Below are positions 11,282-18,881 of a stretch of DNA of 64,000 nucleotides, piece after piece; positions within the stretch are counted from its first letter, which is position 1; each line of letters starts with the position of its first letter. Origin of the DNA: Actinomycetota bacterium (lineage in GTDB: Bacteria > Actinomycetota > Geothermincolia > Geothermincolales > RBG-13-55-18); contig QZKE01000021.1 of the NCBI GenBank assembly GCA_003598015.1, forward strand, positions 10,701 through 74,700, in the 5' to 3' direction. Below the pieces are notes generated by a model. It did not search any database and was not told the DNA's origin. It was given only the letters and a program-made list of their open reading frames with translations. The position numbers and the translations under genes are program-made.

Positions 11282-13006
11282 GTGAATGCCATGGCTGAAC
11301 TCGCATCACTGGGAGAGTCGATATCCACCGATATCTGTATCATGGGCGGCGGAATCGCGGGCCTCACCGCCGCCATCACCCTCAAGGAGAAGAGTCCCCA
11401 TCTCGACGTCCTTATAGTCGAGAAGGCCACTACCGGCTGGGCCGGAAAGGCGGACAGGGGCGGCGGGATACTGGCCTTCCTCACCCCGGATGATATCCCA
11501 GACGATTTCATACGCTTTCACGTGCACAACATCGGCTGCTTCCTCGAGGACCAGGAGCTGCTGAGCGAATACGCCCATACCTGCAACAGCGTTCTGGACT
11601 ACCTCGATGCCTGGGGGGCGAAACTGGCCAAGGAGAGGGACGGCAGCTGGAAGTACATAAAAACGCCCGGGGTGGATGTCCCGTGGGGCATGGCCAGCGT
11701 GGAGCTGGACATGTGCCGGTGCCTGCGCAAGCACGCCAGGAAGCTGGAGTGCAGATTCCTGGACAGAACGACCATGGTGGACCTGCTCAAGGAAGACGAC
11801 CGTGTCGTGGGTACCATCGGGTTCAGTATCGAGGACGGCGGCTGCTGTGTGGTAAGGTCTAAGGCGACCATCCTCGCCAACGGCAGCCAAAACTACCGCG
11901 TCCTCCCCATGTGGAGTCCCGGCCGCGGCGACGGCATAGCCGCGGCCTACCGCGCCGGAGCGCAGATGAGGAACGCCGAGTTCGGAAGCTTCGTGAACAT
12001 GGTGCACGCGGCGAGCCGCGAGGTCATCTTCGGCGCCGAGGACCACATGTACAACGCCTCCGGGGAGGACATATCCGCGAGGTACCGCCCCGGTGTCCAA
12101 CCGGACATCTGTGCCATGTCCGCCATCGGATGGTACAAGGAATACTTGAACAGCAACGGACCGGTGAGGATCAAGAGCGACGAGAACGTCCTCCAGGCCG
12201 GCGCGGAGGTTCTCTTCGCGAGCGACCTGGTCTGGGACCGCCCCGCTGCCATCGCCTTCTGGTCGCGCCTTTGGGAGAAGGGGAAGTCTGTCGAGGTCGA
12301 AGGCGCCGCGAATATGCCCGAGGTCATCCCGGGCTTCGTGGGAGAGCAATCGCCGGTCAAGGTCGATCACGGCATGGCCACCACCCTGCCGGGTCTCTAT
12401 GCCGTGGGGGACGTCAGCTACAGCGGCTCCGCATGGACGGGCGCCGTTCCTTCTCCGCCCGGCCGCATTCGCGGCACCGGCCTCATGAACGCGGTGTGGA
12501 GTGCCCGCAGGGGAGCCATGGCCGCGGCGGCGTACGCGGCTGGACTGGTCGAGATCCCTGGCGTGGACCACGCACAAGCCGCGGAGCTGAAGGAGAGGAT
12601 CTTCGCGCCCCTGCGCGGGGACAGGGGCGTCTCCGCCCTCGATCTCGTACGCGCGATCCAGGATGCGATAACCCCCGTTCGGTACAGCAACTGGAAAAGC
12701 GAGGAGCGTATGCGCGAGGCCCTGGGCAAGGTCCTCGAGGTCAAGGGCAGGCTGGCTGACCTGACGGCCGCCGATCCGCACGACCTGTCCCGCTGCAACG
12801 AGGCGGTGAGCATGGCCCTCTGCGCGGAGATGTTCTACCGCGCCTCCCTGGAGAGAAAAGAATCGCGTGGCTGGTTCGTGCGGGAGGACTACCCGGAGAC
12901 GGACAACGCGAACTGGCTGAAGTGGATCGTCCTCGAGGACAAGGACGGTGAGATGTCCGTCTCCACCGAGGATATCCCCATGGCTAGATATCCCATCAAG
13001 GTGTGA
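11282..13006 (+). CDS. FAD flavoprotein of the fumarate reductase / succinate dehydrogenase / AprA superfamily
   Basis: 574 aa. ICIMGGGIAGLTAA dinucleotide fold, LPGLYAVGDVS, and the C-terminal ERKESRGWFVREDYPETDNANW motif typical of this family. Confidence 0.85.
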   Translation: MNAMAELASLGESISTDICIMGGGIAGLTAAITLKEKSPHLDVLIVEKATTGWAGKADRGGGILAFLTPDDIPDDFIRFHVHNIGCFLEDQELLSEYAHTCNSVLDYLDAWGAKLAKERDGSWKYIKTPGVDVPWGMASVELDMCRCLRKHARKLECRFLDRTTMVDLLKEDDRVVGTIGFSIEDGGCCVVRSKATILANGSQNYRVLPMWSPGRGDGIAAAYRAGAQMRNAEFGSFVNMVHAASREVIFGAEDHMYNASGEDISARYRPGVQPDICAMSAIGWYKEYLNSNGPVRIKSDENVLQAGAEVLFASDLVWDRPAAIAFWSRLWEKGKSVEVEGAANMPEVIPGFVGEQSPVKVDHGMATTLPGLYAVGDVSYSGSAWTGAVPSPPGRIRGTGLMNAVWSARRGAMAAAAYAAGLVEIPGVDHAQAAELKERIFAPLRGDRGVSALDLVRAIQDAITPVRYSNWKSEERMREALGKVLEVKGRLADLTAADPHDLSRCNEAVSMALCAEMFYRASLERKESRGWFVREDYPETDNANWLKWIVLEDKDGEMSVSTEDIPMARYPIKV

Positions 13007-13081
13007 TGGTTTGACCGGGACCGATCGCTGCGGCAAGCCTTCACGCATAGAGGTCGAGGTGAATAGCAAGGAGGGTGAGAG

Positions 13082-13960
13082 ATGGGCCTGAGAAGCATGT
13101 TCGTGAGGATGGGGAAGGTATTCCCAGACCCGGTGAGCATGGACGACATCAGGAAAATGAAGCGCCGGGAGCTGACGGAGGAGGAGAAGGGCAAACCGTA
13201 TGAAAAGTACTACTTCAAGGAACTGGCCGAGATCCCCGCAGCCGACCTGGAGAAGGTCAACGCGGGACCCGTCGATCCCGCCGACGTCACCCCCATCCAG
13301 AACCGTAACGACCTCATGAAGCCGGGATACCTGGAGGTGGAGACCGGATACACCGTCATGCCGGACGGCAGCGGTTTCGCGGCCACGCTGGTGAAGATGC
13401 CGGGGGTGACGCCCGAGATGCTCGACTGGTGGTTCAACTGGCATCCCCTGGAGGGACTGAGGTACGCCATCTGGTGCCCGGTGGCGCATACCGACATCAG
13501 CGTGGAGAATCCCGCCCGGCACCTGGATAGCTCTGGAGTTCCCCTTGAAGAGAGGAATTACGGCAGCACCCACTACCCGGTCGAGGGTTTCAACACGGCG
13601 AGTTCGCAGAAGGTATGGATCGAGTTCTTCTCGCCGCAGGATTTCGGCCTGGACATGGCGATGTTCAAGGAGCCGGAGATATCCCGGGCCTACTGCGCCA
13701 ACGTTATCCTGGACCTTATGAAGACGCCCTTCAACGCGTTCTTTCACTCCGTACGTGAGGTCGAGGACGGGGTGGAGTACCGCAGCCGCTACTGGCTCGG
13801 CTACACCATGAACAACGGCGTTCCCAGGAGGGTGAAGCGGCCCCTGCCTTACAAGATGAGCGACCTGGCGCGCAACAACTGCCTGCACAGCCTCATCGAG
13901 TATAACAACCTGGCGTCTTTCCTGCCGCAGATATACGAGGAGATGGACGGCAGGATCTAG
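13082..13960 (+). CDS. probable DAPG-hydrolase / phloretin-hydrolase-family C-C hydrolase
   Basis: 292 aa. MPGVTPEMLDWWFNWHPLEGLRYAIWCPVAH and RSRYWLGY match my memory of the PhlG/Phy family. This needs HMM confirmation. Confidence 0.55.
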   Translation: MGLRSMFVRMGKVFPDPVSMDDIRKMKRRELTEEEKGKPYEKYYFKELAEIPAADLEKVNAGPVDPADVTPIQNRNDLMKPGYLEVETGYTVMPDGSGFAATLVKMPGVTPEMLDWWFNWHPLEGLRYAIWCPVAHTDISVENPARHLDSSGVPLEERNYGSTHYPVEGFNTASSQKVWIEFFSPQDFGLDMAMFKEPEISRAYCANVILDLMKTPFNAFFHSVREVEDGVEYRSRYWLGYTMNNGVPRRVKRPLPYKMSDLARNNCLHSLIEYNNLASFLPQIYEEMDGRI

Positions 13961-14011
13961 ACCAGCTCTAGCACTCGTTGCAGATGTAAGCCATCGCTCT
14001 ATCCATGATCC

Positions 14012-14848
14012 TTAGTCTTTCCTGGTCATTGCCAGCAGGATCTTTTTGACTTGATCGATCACCTCCTGCTTATCGTACTTGCCGAAAATCCAGTGGAGCT
14101 CCGCGGTGTATTCCGCGAAGCCCATGAGGGCGAATCCGATGATCTCGGGATTCATTTCCTGCAGGATCCCCCGGTCGACGGCTCTCTCCACGTCCCTGAT
14201 AACAGGCCTGACGATGTAGTCCAGGCTCTCCTTGTACTTCTCCATGAAGGCCGGATTGTCTGCGACGGCGATACCCCGCAACTGGTTCATCATATCCCGC
14301 CATTTGGGGTAGGCATCGAAGAAGGCGTCGGCTCTCTTGATGAGACGCTGGATAATATCCTCCTCCTGCCGTATGCTGTCCCATACTTGGTTGAACATCT
14401 GGTGGAAGATGTAATCGGTGCACTCTATGAAGAGCTCCTCCTTGTTGGCGAAGTATATGTAGAAAGTGGATTTACTCATCTGCAATTCGGAGACGATATC
14501 CTGGATACTCGTTTTGTCGTAACCCTTCTGGGTAAAAAGCCTCGCAGTCGTCTGGATGATCTCTTGCTTCCTGTCGATTGACACCCCCTTGCTTTCGGGC
14601 ATCTGCCTCTCCGCCTCATAGCGTTCCAGTTCATCCACGATGAACCTGATGGGCATATTCTCCTCTTCCCGCAGATTCTTGATGAGCTTGAGCCGGTCTA
14701 CTTGCTCTTCCGTGTAGTAAGCCATCGTCTTTCCGGTCTTTATGTGTGGGGATATAAGGCCCTCGCGTGCGTAATATCTGATAGTGGACTTGGGGATACC
14801 GGTCAGCGTCTCCAGTTCGCTTATCGTCAAGTATTTCTGCTTATCCAT
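14012..14848 (-). CDS. dual-HTH regulator: N-terminal MerR-type HTH fused to a complete TetR/AcrR-type regulator
   Basis: 278 aa. LTISELETLTGIPKSTIRYYAREGLI is a MerR HTH. IIQTTARLFTQKGYDKTSIQDIVSELQMSKSTFYIYFANKEELF is a TetR HTH, followed by a helical ligand domain. GC is visibly lower than in the neighbours. Confidence 0.8.
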   Translation of the reverse strand: MDKQKYLTISELETLTGIPKSTIRYYAREGLISPHIKTGKTMAYYTEEQVDRLKLIKNLREEENMPIRFIVDELERYEAERQMPESKGVSIDRKQEIIQTTARLFTQKGYDKTSIQDIVSELQMSKSTFYIYFANKEELFIECTDYIFHQMFNQVWDSIRQEEDIIQRLIKRADAFFDAYPKWRDMMNQLRGIAVADNPAFMEKYKESLDYIVRPVIRDVERAVDRGILQEMNPEIIGFALMGFAEYTAELHWIFGKYDKQEVIDQVKKILLAMTRKD

Positions 14849-15025
14849 GATCCATGACCGCCTCGCATCCCGATATCGATTGAAACGATTGTTATATTTA
14901 ATAGTTACTTAAGAGGTTTTGTCAAGTTATAGGCACTCTTAAATGTGATATCGCTATCCAATCGCGGAGGAAATAAGTACTCTGGAATCAAGCTTAATAG
15001 GGGGAAAGACGGTGTAATTAAACGC

Positions 15026-15085
15026 TTGACATATCCCCGGAGCATTTTTATACTATGATAATGTACCGTACCGTACGTTAGTACA
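15026..15085 (+). promoter_or_regulatory. sigma70-type promoter and GTAC-repeat operator candidate for the thiolase operon
   Basis: TTGACA 15026-15031, 17-nt spacer, TATACT 15049-15054. Immediately downstream lies TGTAC-CGTACCGTACGTTA-GTACA (15062-15085), containing four GTAC cores. Confidence 0.5.
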
Positions 15086-15147
15086 AAATATTCCACCAAT
15101 GGATTAGGCCTGGAGCGCTCTGCCGGTTCCAATGAAAGGAGACTCAT

Positions 15148-16350
15148 ATGGATAGAGGAGAGTTCGCGATTATCGGCACGGGAGAGGTGCCCTGCGGTAA
15201 CTATCCCGAGCGCTCGGAGTTTGAGACAGCCTATACCGTAGCCCGGGCAGCCATCAGGGACGCGGGGATCGATAAGGATGAGATCGGGGCGGTGGTATGC
15301 GCCCAGCATATCATGTCCAACCCCAACAACGACTACAACACGGAGATGGTATTCGGCAGACTGCCCGAGGCCATCGGGGCCAAGGGATGCAGGATCACCT
15401 GCATGACCTCATCGGGAGGCGCCTCCAGTTTCTCGCTGCGCAAGACGGTGGAGGGCATTCTGCATTCCGGAGAGACGGATACCGTCCTGGTGGTCCACGC
15501 CCAGCGTTTCTCCACCTTCACCCCCAACGAGCAGGCCAAGTATTTCTCCATCGCCGGCTCCGACGTGGAATGGGAAGTACCCTACGGCATGACCTATAAT
15601 GCCCTGGCGGCCATGGTCACCCAGGGATATATGGCCTACACGGGAACCACGATAGAACAGGTAGCCTCCGTCTGCGTCGCATGCAGAAAATGGGCCATGC
15701 TGCAGCCCAACGCCATGTTCAATAAAAAGGAGATAACCGTCGAGAAGGTGCTCTCGAGCCGCATGGTCGCCTACCCCCTTACCGCCTTTATGTGCAACGT
15801 ACTGGCCGACGGCGGCAGCGCCTTCGTCATGACCACCGCGGAGAAGGCGAAGAAGGTATGCGACAGACCGGTGTATATCCTGGGCGATGCCTCGAGCTAT
15901 TCCCATCGCACCATAACCAGGTCCAAGTCAAGGGACCTGGCCAAGATGGGCGAGTCCATGGCGCCCGTGGCCAGGGAGGCATACGAAAAGGCCGGCCTGG
16001 GGCCGGAGGACATGGATATCTACCAGGTCTACGGTTCTTATCCCGCCCTACAGCTCATCGTCATGGACGCCCTGGGCATCTGTGAGCCGGGGCGCTCCGG
16101 CGCTCTCGTGGAATCCGGCGAAACCTCACCCGGCGGAAAGTACCCGGTGACCACCAACGGCGAAGCGCTCTCCTTCGGCCATACCGGTACCGGCGTAGGC
16201 ATCGCCCTGCTGGTGGAGTCGGTACGGCAACTGCAGGGTAAGGCGGGCAAGGCCCAGGTGGAAGGTGCCAGGTTCCTGGTCGAGAACACGGGCGGTGGGG
16301 CCTTCATGGACTGCCACTTCACGATCCTGGGCAACGAGATTCCCCATTAA
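15148..16350 (+). CDS. thiolase-superfamily protein, SCP-x/BbsB-type (partner of a DUF35 protein)
   Basis: 400 aa with RBS AAAGGAG. Thiolase-like N- and C-domains (...CMTSSGGASS..., ...NTGGGAF...). Followed by a DUF35 gene, as in BbsAB-type pairs. Confidence 0.8.
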   Translation: MDRGEFAIIGTGEVPCGNYPERSEFETAYTVARAAIRDAGIDKDEIGAVVCAQHIMSNPNNDYNTEMVFGRLPEAIGAKGCRITCMTSSGGASSFSLRKTVEGILHSGETDTVLVVHAQRFSTFTPNEQAKYFSIAGSDVEWEVPYGMTYNALAAMVTQGYMAYTGTTIEQVASVCVACRKWAMLQPNAMFNKKEITVEKVLSSRMVAYPLTAFMCNVLADGGSAFVMTTAEKAKKVCDRPVYILGDASSYSHRTITRSKSRDLAKMGESMAPVAREAYEKAGLGPEDMDIYQVYGSYPALQLIVMDALGICEPGRSGALVESGETSPGGKYPVTTNGEALSFGHTGTGVGIALLVESVRQLQGKAGKAQVEGARFLVENTGGGAFMDCHFTILGNEIPH

Positions 16351-16384
16351 GACAAGCGTCTGGACAGAGCGTACGTCTTCAACG

Positions 16385-16855
16385 ATGAAGGAGGATGGAA
16401 AGGTGAGCGAGCAAAATGTAAGCATAAAGGACTTGCTGGGTCTTTCGGATGAAGAGATGCTGAAGCCCCTCCCGATCCCCACCAAGTGGTCCCAGCCCTT
16501 CTGGGACGCGGCAAAAGAGCATCGCCTGGTGCTCAAGAAGTGCAGCACATGCGGCAACATCGATCACCCGCCCTACCTCTACTGCACCGCCTGCCAGGCC
16601 GACGAGCACGAATGGATCGAGGCATCGGGCAAGGGAACCCTCTACGCGTATGCCGTCAACCATTTCGGAGTCCCCTTTCCCTTCTGGGATGACATGCCGT
16701 ACGTGCTGGCCATGGTCGACCTCCCGGAGGGTCCGCGCATGATCTCGAATATCGTGGAGTGCGACATCGAGAAGCTCGCGAACGGCATGGAGCTGGAGGT
16801 GGTCTTTGACGATGTATCCGGCGAGATCACCCTCCCCAAGTGGAAGCCTGCCTGA
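16385..16855 (+). CDS. DUF35 Zn-ribbon / OB-fold protein (BbsA-like thiolase partner)
   Basis: Rubredoxin-like CSTCGN...CTAC followed by an OB-fold (GTLYAYAV...VLAMVDLPEGPRM...). GTG 16403, with GGAGG 8 nt upstream, may be the true start. Confidence 0.8.
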   Translation: MKEDGKVSEQNVSIKDLLGLSDEEMLKPLPIPTKWSQPFWDAAKEHRLVLKKCSTCGNIDHPPYLYCTACQADEHEWIEASGKGTLYAYAVNHFGVPFPFWDDMPYVLAMVDLPEGPRMISNIVECDIEKLANGMELEVVFDDVSGEITLPKWKPA

Positions 16856-16885
16856 GGCCCAACCGGCGTGTGAAAGGAGCAGGAT

Positions 16886-17680
16886 ATGCCGGACTATCAA
16901 TACCTCATCTACGAGATAGAGGAGAATATCGGAAGAATAACCCTGAACCGCCCCAAGAAGCGCAACGCCCTCAATGCGGAGCTCATCGCCGAGCTCAAAG
17001 AGGCGGTGCCGCGCATGAACGCGGAGCCAGAGGTACGCTGCGCCATATTAACCGGAAGCGGAGACAAGGCCTTCTGCGCCGGCGCGGATCTCCCCATCTT
17101 CGACACCCTGCAGGAGGTGGAAAAGGCCTACGCTTACCTGCGCAACGACGGGGGAACCATCACGCGTGCCCTGGAGACGGCGGAGTTTCCCTGGATAGCG
17201 GCCGTGAAGGGCGCCTGCGTGGCGGGAGGGCTGGAGCTGGCCCTGTGCTGCGACATGATCGTGGCGGGCGAGAACTCGTTATTCGGCGTGCTGGAGATAA
17301 ACATCGGGCTGCTTCCCGGGTGGGGAGGTACGGTACGCTTGCCCAGGGCTATCCCGGTGCGCAAGGCCAAGGAGCTTCTCTTCACCGGGGCGATGATCGA
17401 TGCCCAGGAGGCATGGCGCCTGGGGTTGGTGAACAAGGTGGTCGCGGTGGACCAGGTGGAGGACGAGGCCATGAACATGGCGCGCACCATCGCTTCCAAG
17501 TCAAGGGCCGCCGTTCGCGCGGGAATGAACATCGTGAATAACTCCCTTACCTGTGACGACATCGACGCCGCCCTGGCCATCGAGCGGGGCACCATCATGA
17601 CCCTGGTGGGCGCGGAAGAGACGCGCAAGTACCTGGAGCCGGCCATCCGCATGATGCAGGATATGGAAAAGAAGGGTTGA
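16886..17680 (+). CDS. enoyl-CoA hydratase/isomerase (crotonase family)
   Basis: 264 aa. FCAGADL and GGLELALCCDMIVA oxyanion-hole segments. Confidence 0.9.
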   Translation: MPDYQYLIYEIEENIGRITLNRPKKRNALNAELIAELKEAVPRMNAEPEVRCAILTGSGDKAFCAGADLPIFDTLQEVEKAYAYLRNDGGTITRALETAEFPWIAAVKGACVAGGLELALCCDMIVAGENSLFGVLEINIGLLPGWGGTVRLPRAIPVRKAKELLFTGAMIDAQEAWRLGLVNKVVAVDQVEDEAMNMARTIASKSRAAVRAGMNIVNNSLTCDDIDAALAIERGTIMTLVGAEETRKYLEPAIRMMQDMEKKG

Positions 17681-17693
17681 GAGGGGAGCGCAT

Positions 17694-18854
17694 ATGGACT
17701 TCATGCTGACCGAGGAACAGAAGATGCTCCGGGATACCTTCCGCGAGTTTTCGCAGAAGGAGCTTACGAAGGAGTACGTACGGTGGTTGGATGAGAACTG
17801 CGACTTCCCCCCCGAGGACATGGTCAGAAAAATCGCGGACCTCGGCTTCTTCGGCATCTCCATTCCCGAGGAATACGGGGGAGCCGGAGCGGGCATGTTC
17901 GACCTTTGCGTGGCCCTGGAGGAGCTGGCCACGGCCAGTGTCGCCATGGCAATATCCATGGGGCTCACGCCCGCCTTCGGTGGAAGGCCCGTTGCCGAGC
18001 TGGGCACGGAGGAGCAGAAGCGCGAGCACCTGCCCAAGATCGCCGAGGGGAAGGAGAAGTGGTGCATGGCCCTGACGGAGCCCGCCGGGGGAACCGACAT
18101 CCTGGGGGCCATCGCCACCACCGCCGCAAGGGACGGGGACGCATACGTCGTGAACGGCTCGAAGATGTTCATATCCGGCGCCCACGTGGCGGATTGGATA
18201 TTGCTGATAGCCATCACCGACAAGGAGGTCAAGCGCTCGAAGGGCCTTTCCGTCTTCATCGTCGATGCCCGCAGCCCCGGCGTTACCATCAACCTCATCG
18301 ACAAGGTCGGCATCCATGCCTGCGGCACCACCGAGATCTTCTTCGAGGACGTGCGGGTTCCGGCGGCCGACCTGCTGGGTAGCGAGAACATGGGCTGGTA
18401 TCACATCCTGGGCACCCTCAACCCTGAACGTATCGGCACCTCCATGCTTTCGCTGGGCATCGCCAAGGCCGCCTTCGACGATGCCCTGCAGTATGCCAAG
18501 GATCGTACGGCCTTCGGCAAGCCCATAGGACAGTTCCAGATCATCCAGCACTATCTCGCGGATATCGCCATCGAGATCGAGAACGCCCGCAACCTCATTT
18601 ACAAGTGCGCATGGCTATGCGATGCGGGTGAGCGTTACGACGTGGAGGCCACCATGGCCAAGATCGTTGCCTGCCGCGCCTCGGAAAAGGCGGCCCTGCA
18701 CGGCATGGAGATATTCGGCGGGTACGGTTTCACCATGGAATACGACATGCAGCGGTACTTCCGCGACTACAAACAGATGATGTTCAGCCCCATCTCGGAC
18801 GAGATGAGCATGAACTATATCGCCCAGAGCTATGGACTGCCCAAGTCATATTGA
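17694..18854 (+). CDS. acyl-CoA dehydrogenase
   Basis: 386 aa. LTEPAGGTDI, and C-terminal FGGYGFTMEYDMQRYFRD. Confidence 0.9.
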   Translation: MDFMLTEEQKMLRDTFREFSQKELTKEYVRWLDENCDFPPEDMVRKIADLGFFGISIPEEYGGAGAGMFDLCVALEELATASVAMAISMGLTPAFGGRPVAELGTEEQKREHLPKIAEGKEKWCMALTEPAGGTDILGAIATTAARDGDAYVVNGSKMFISGAHVADWILLIAITDKEVKRSKGLSVFIVDARSPGVTINLIDKVGIHACGTTEIFFEDVRVPAADLLGSENMGWYHILGTLNPERIGTSMLSLGIAKAAFDDALQYAKDRTAFGKPIGQFQIIQHYLADIAIEIENARNLIYKCAWLCDAGERYDVEATMAKIVACRASEKAALHGMEIFGGYGFTMEYDMQRYFRDYKQMMFSPISDEMSMNYIAQSYGLPKSY

Positions 18855-18881
18855 GTGGTTGGCAATAGAGGAGGGATCTAG

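Noticed and set aside
11306-13888. 860-aa minus-strand ORF, the longest in the track
   Set aside because: It is antisense to the flavoprotein and hydrolase genes and spans their intergenic gap. Its composition is dominated by R/G/A/H/P/V, as expected for a shadow ORF in GC-rich DNA. It has no motifs, while the sense-strand genes have clear family signatures.
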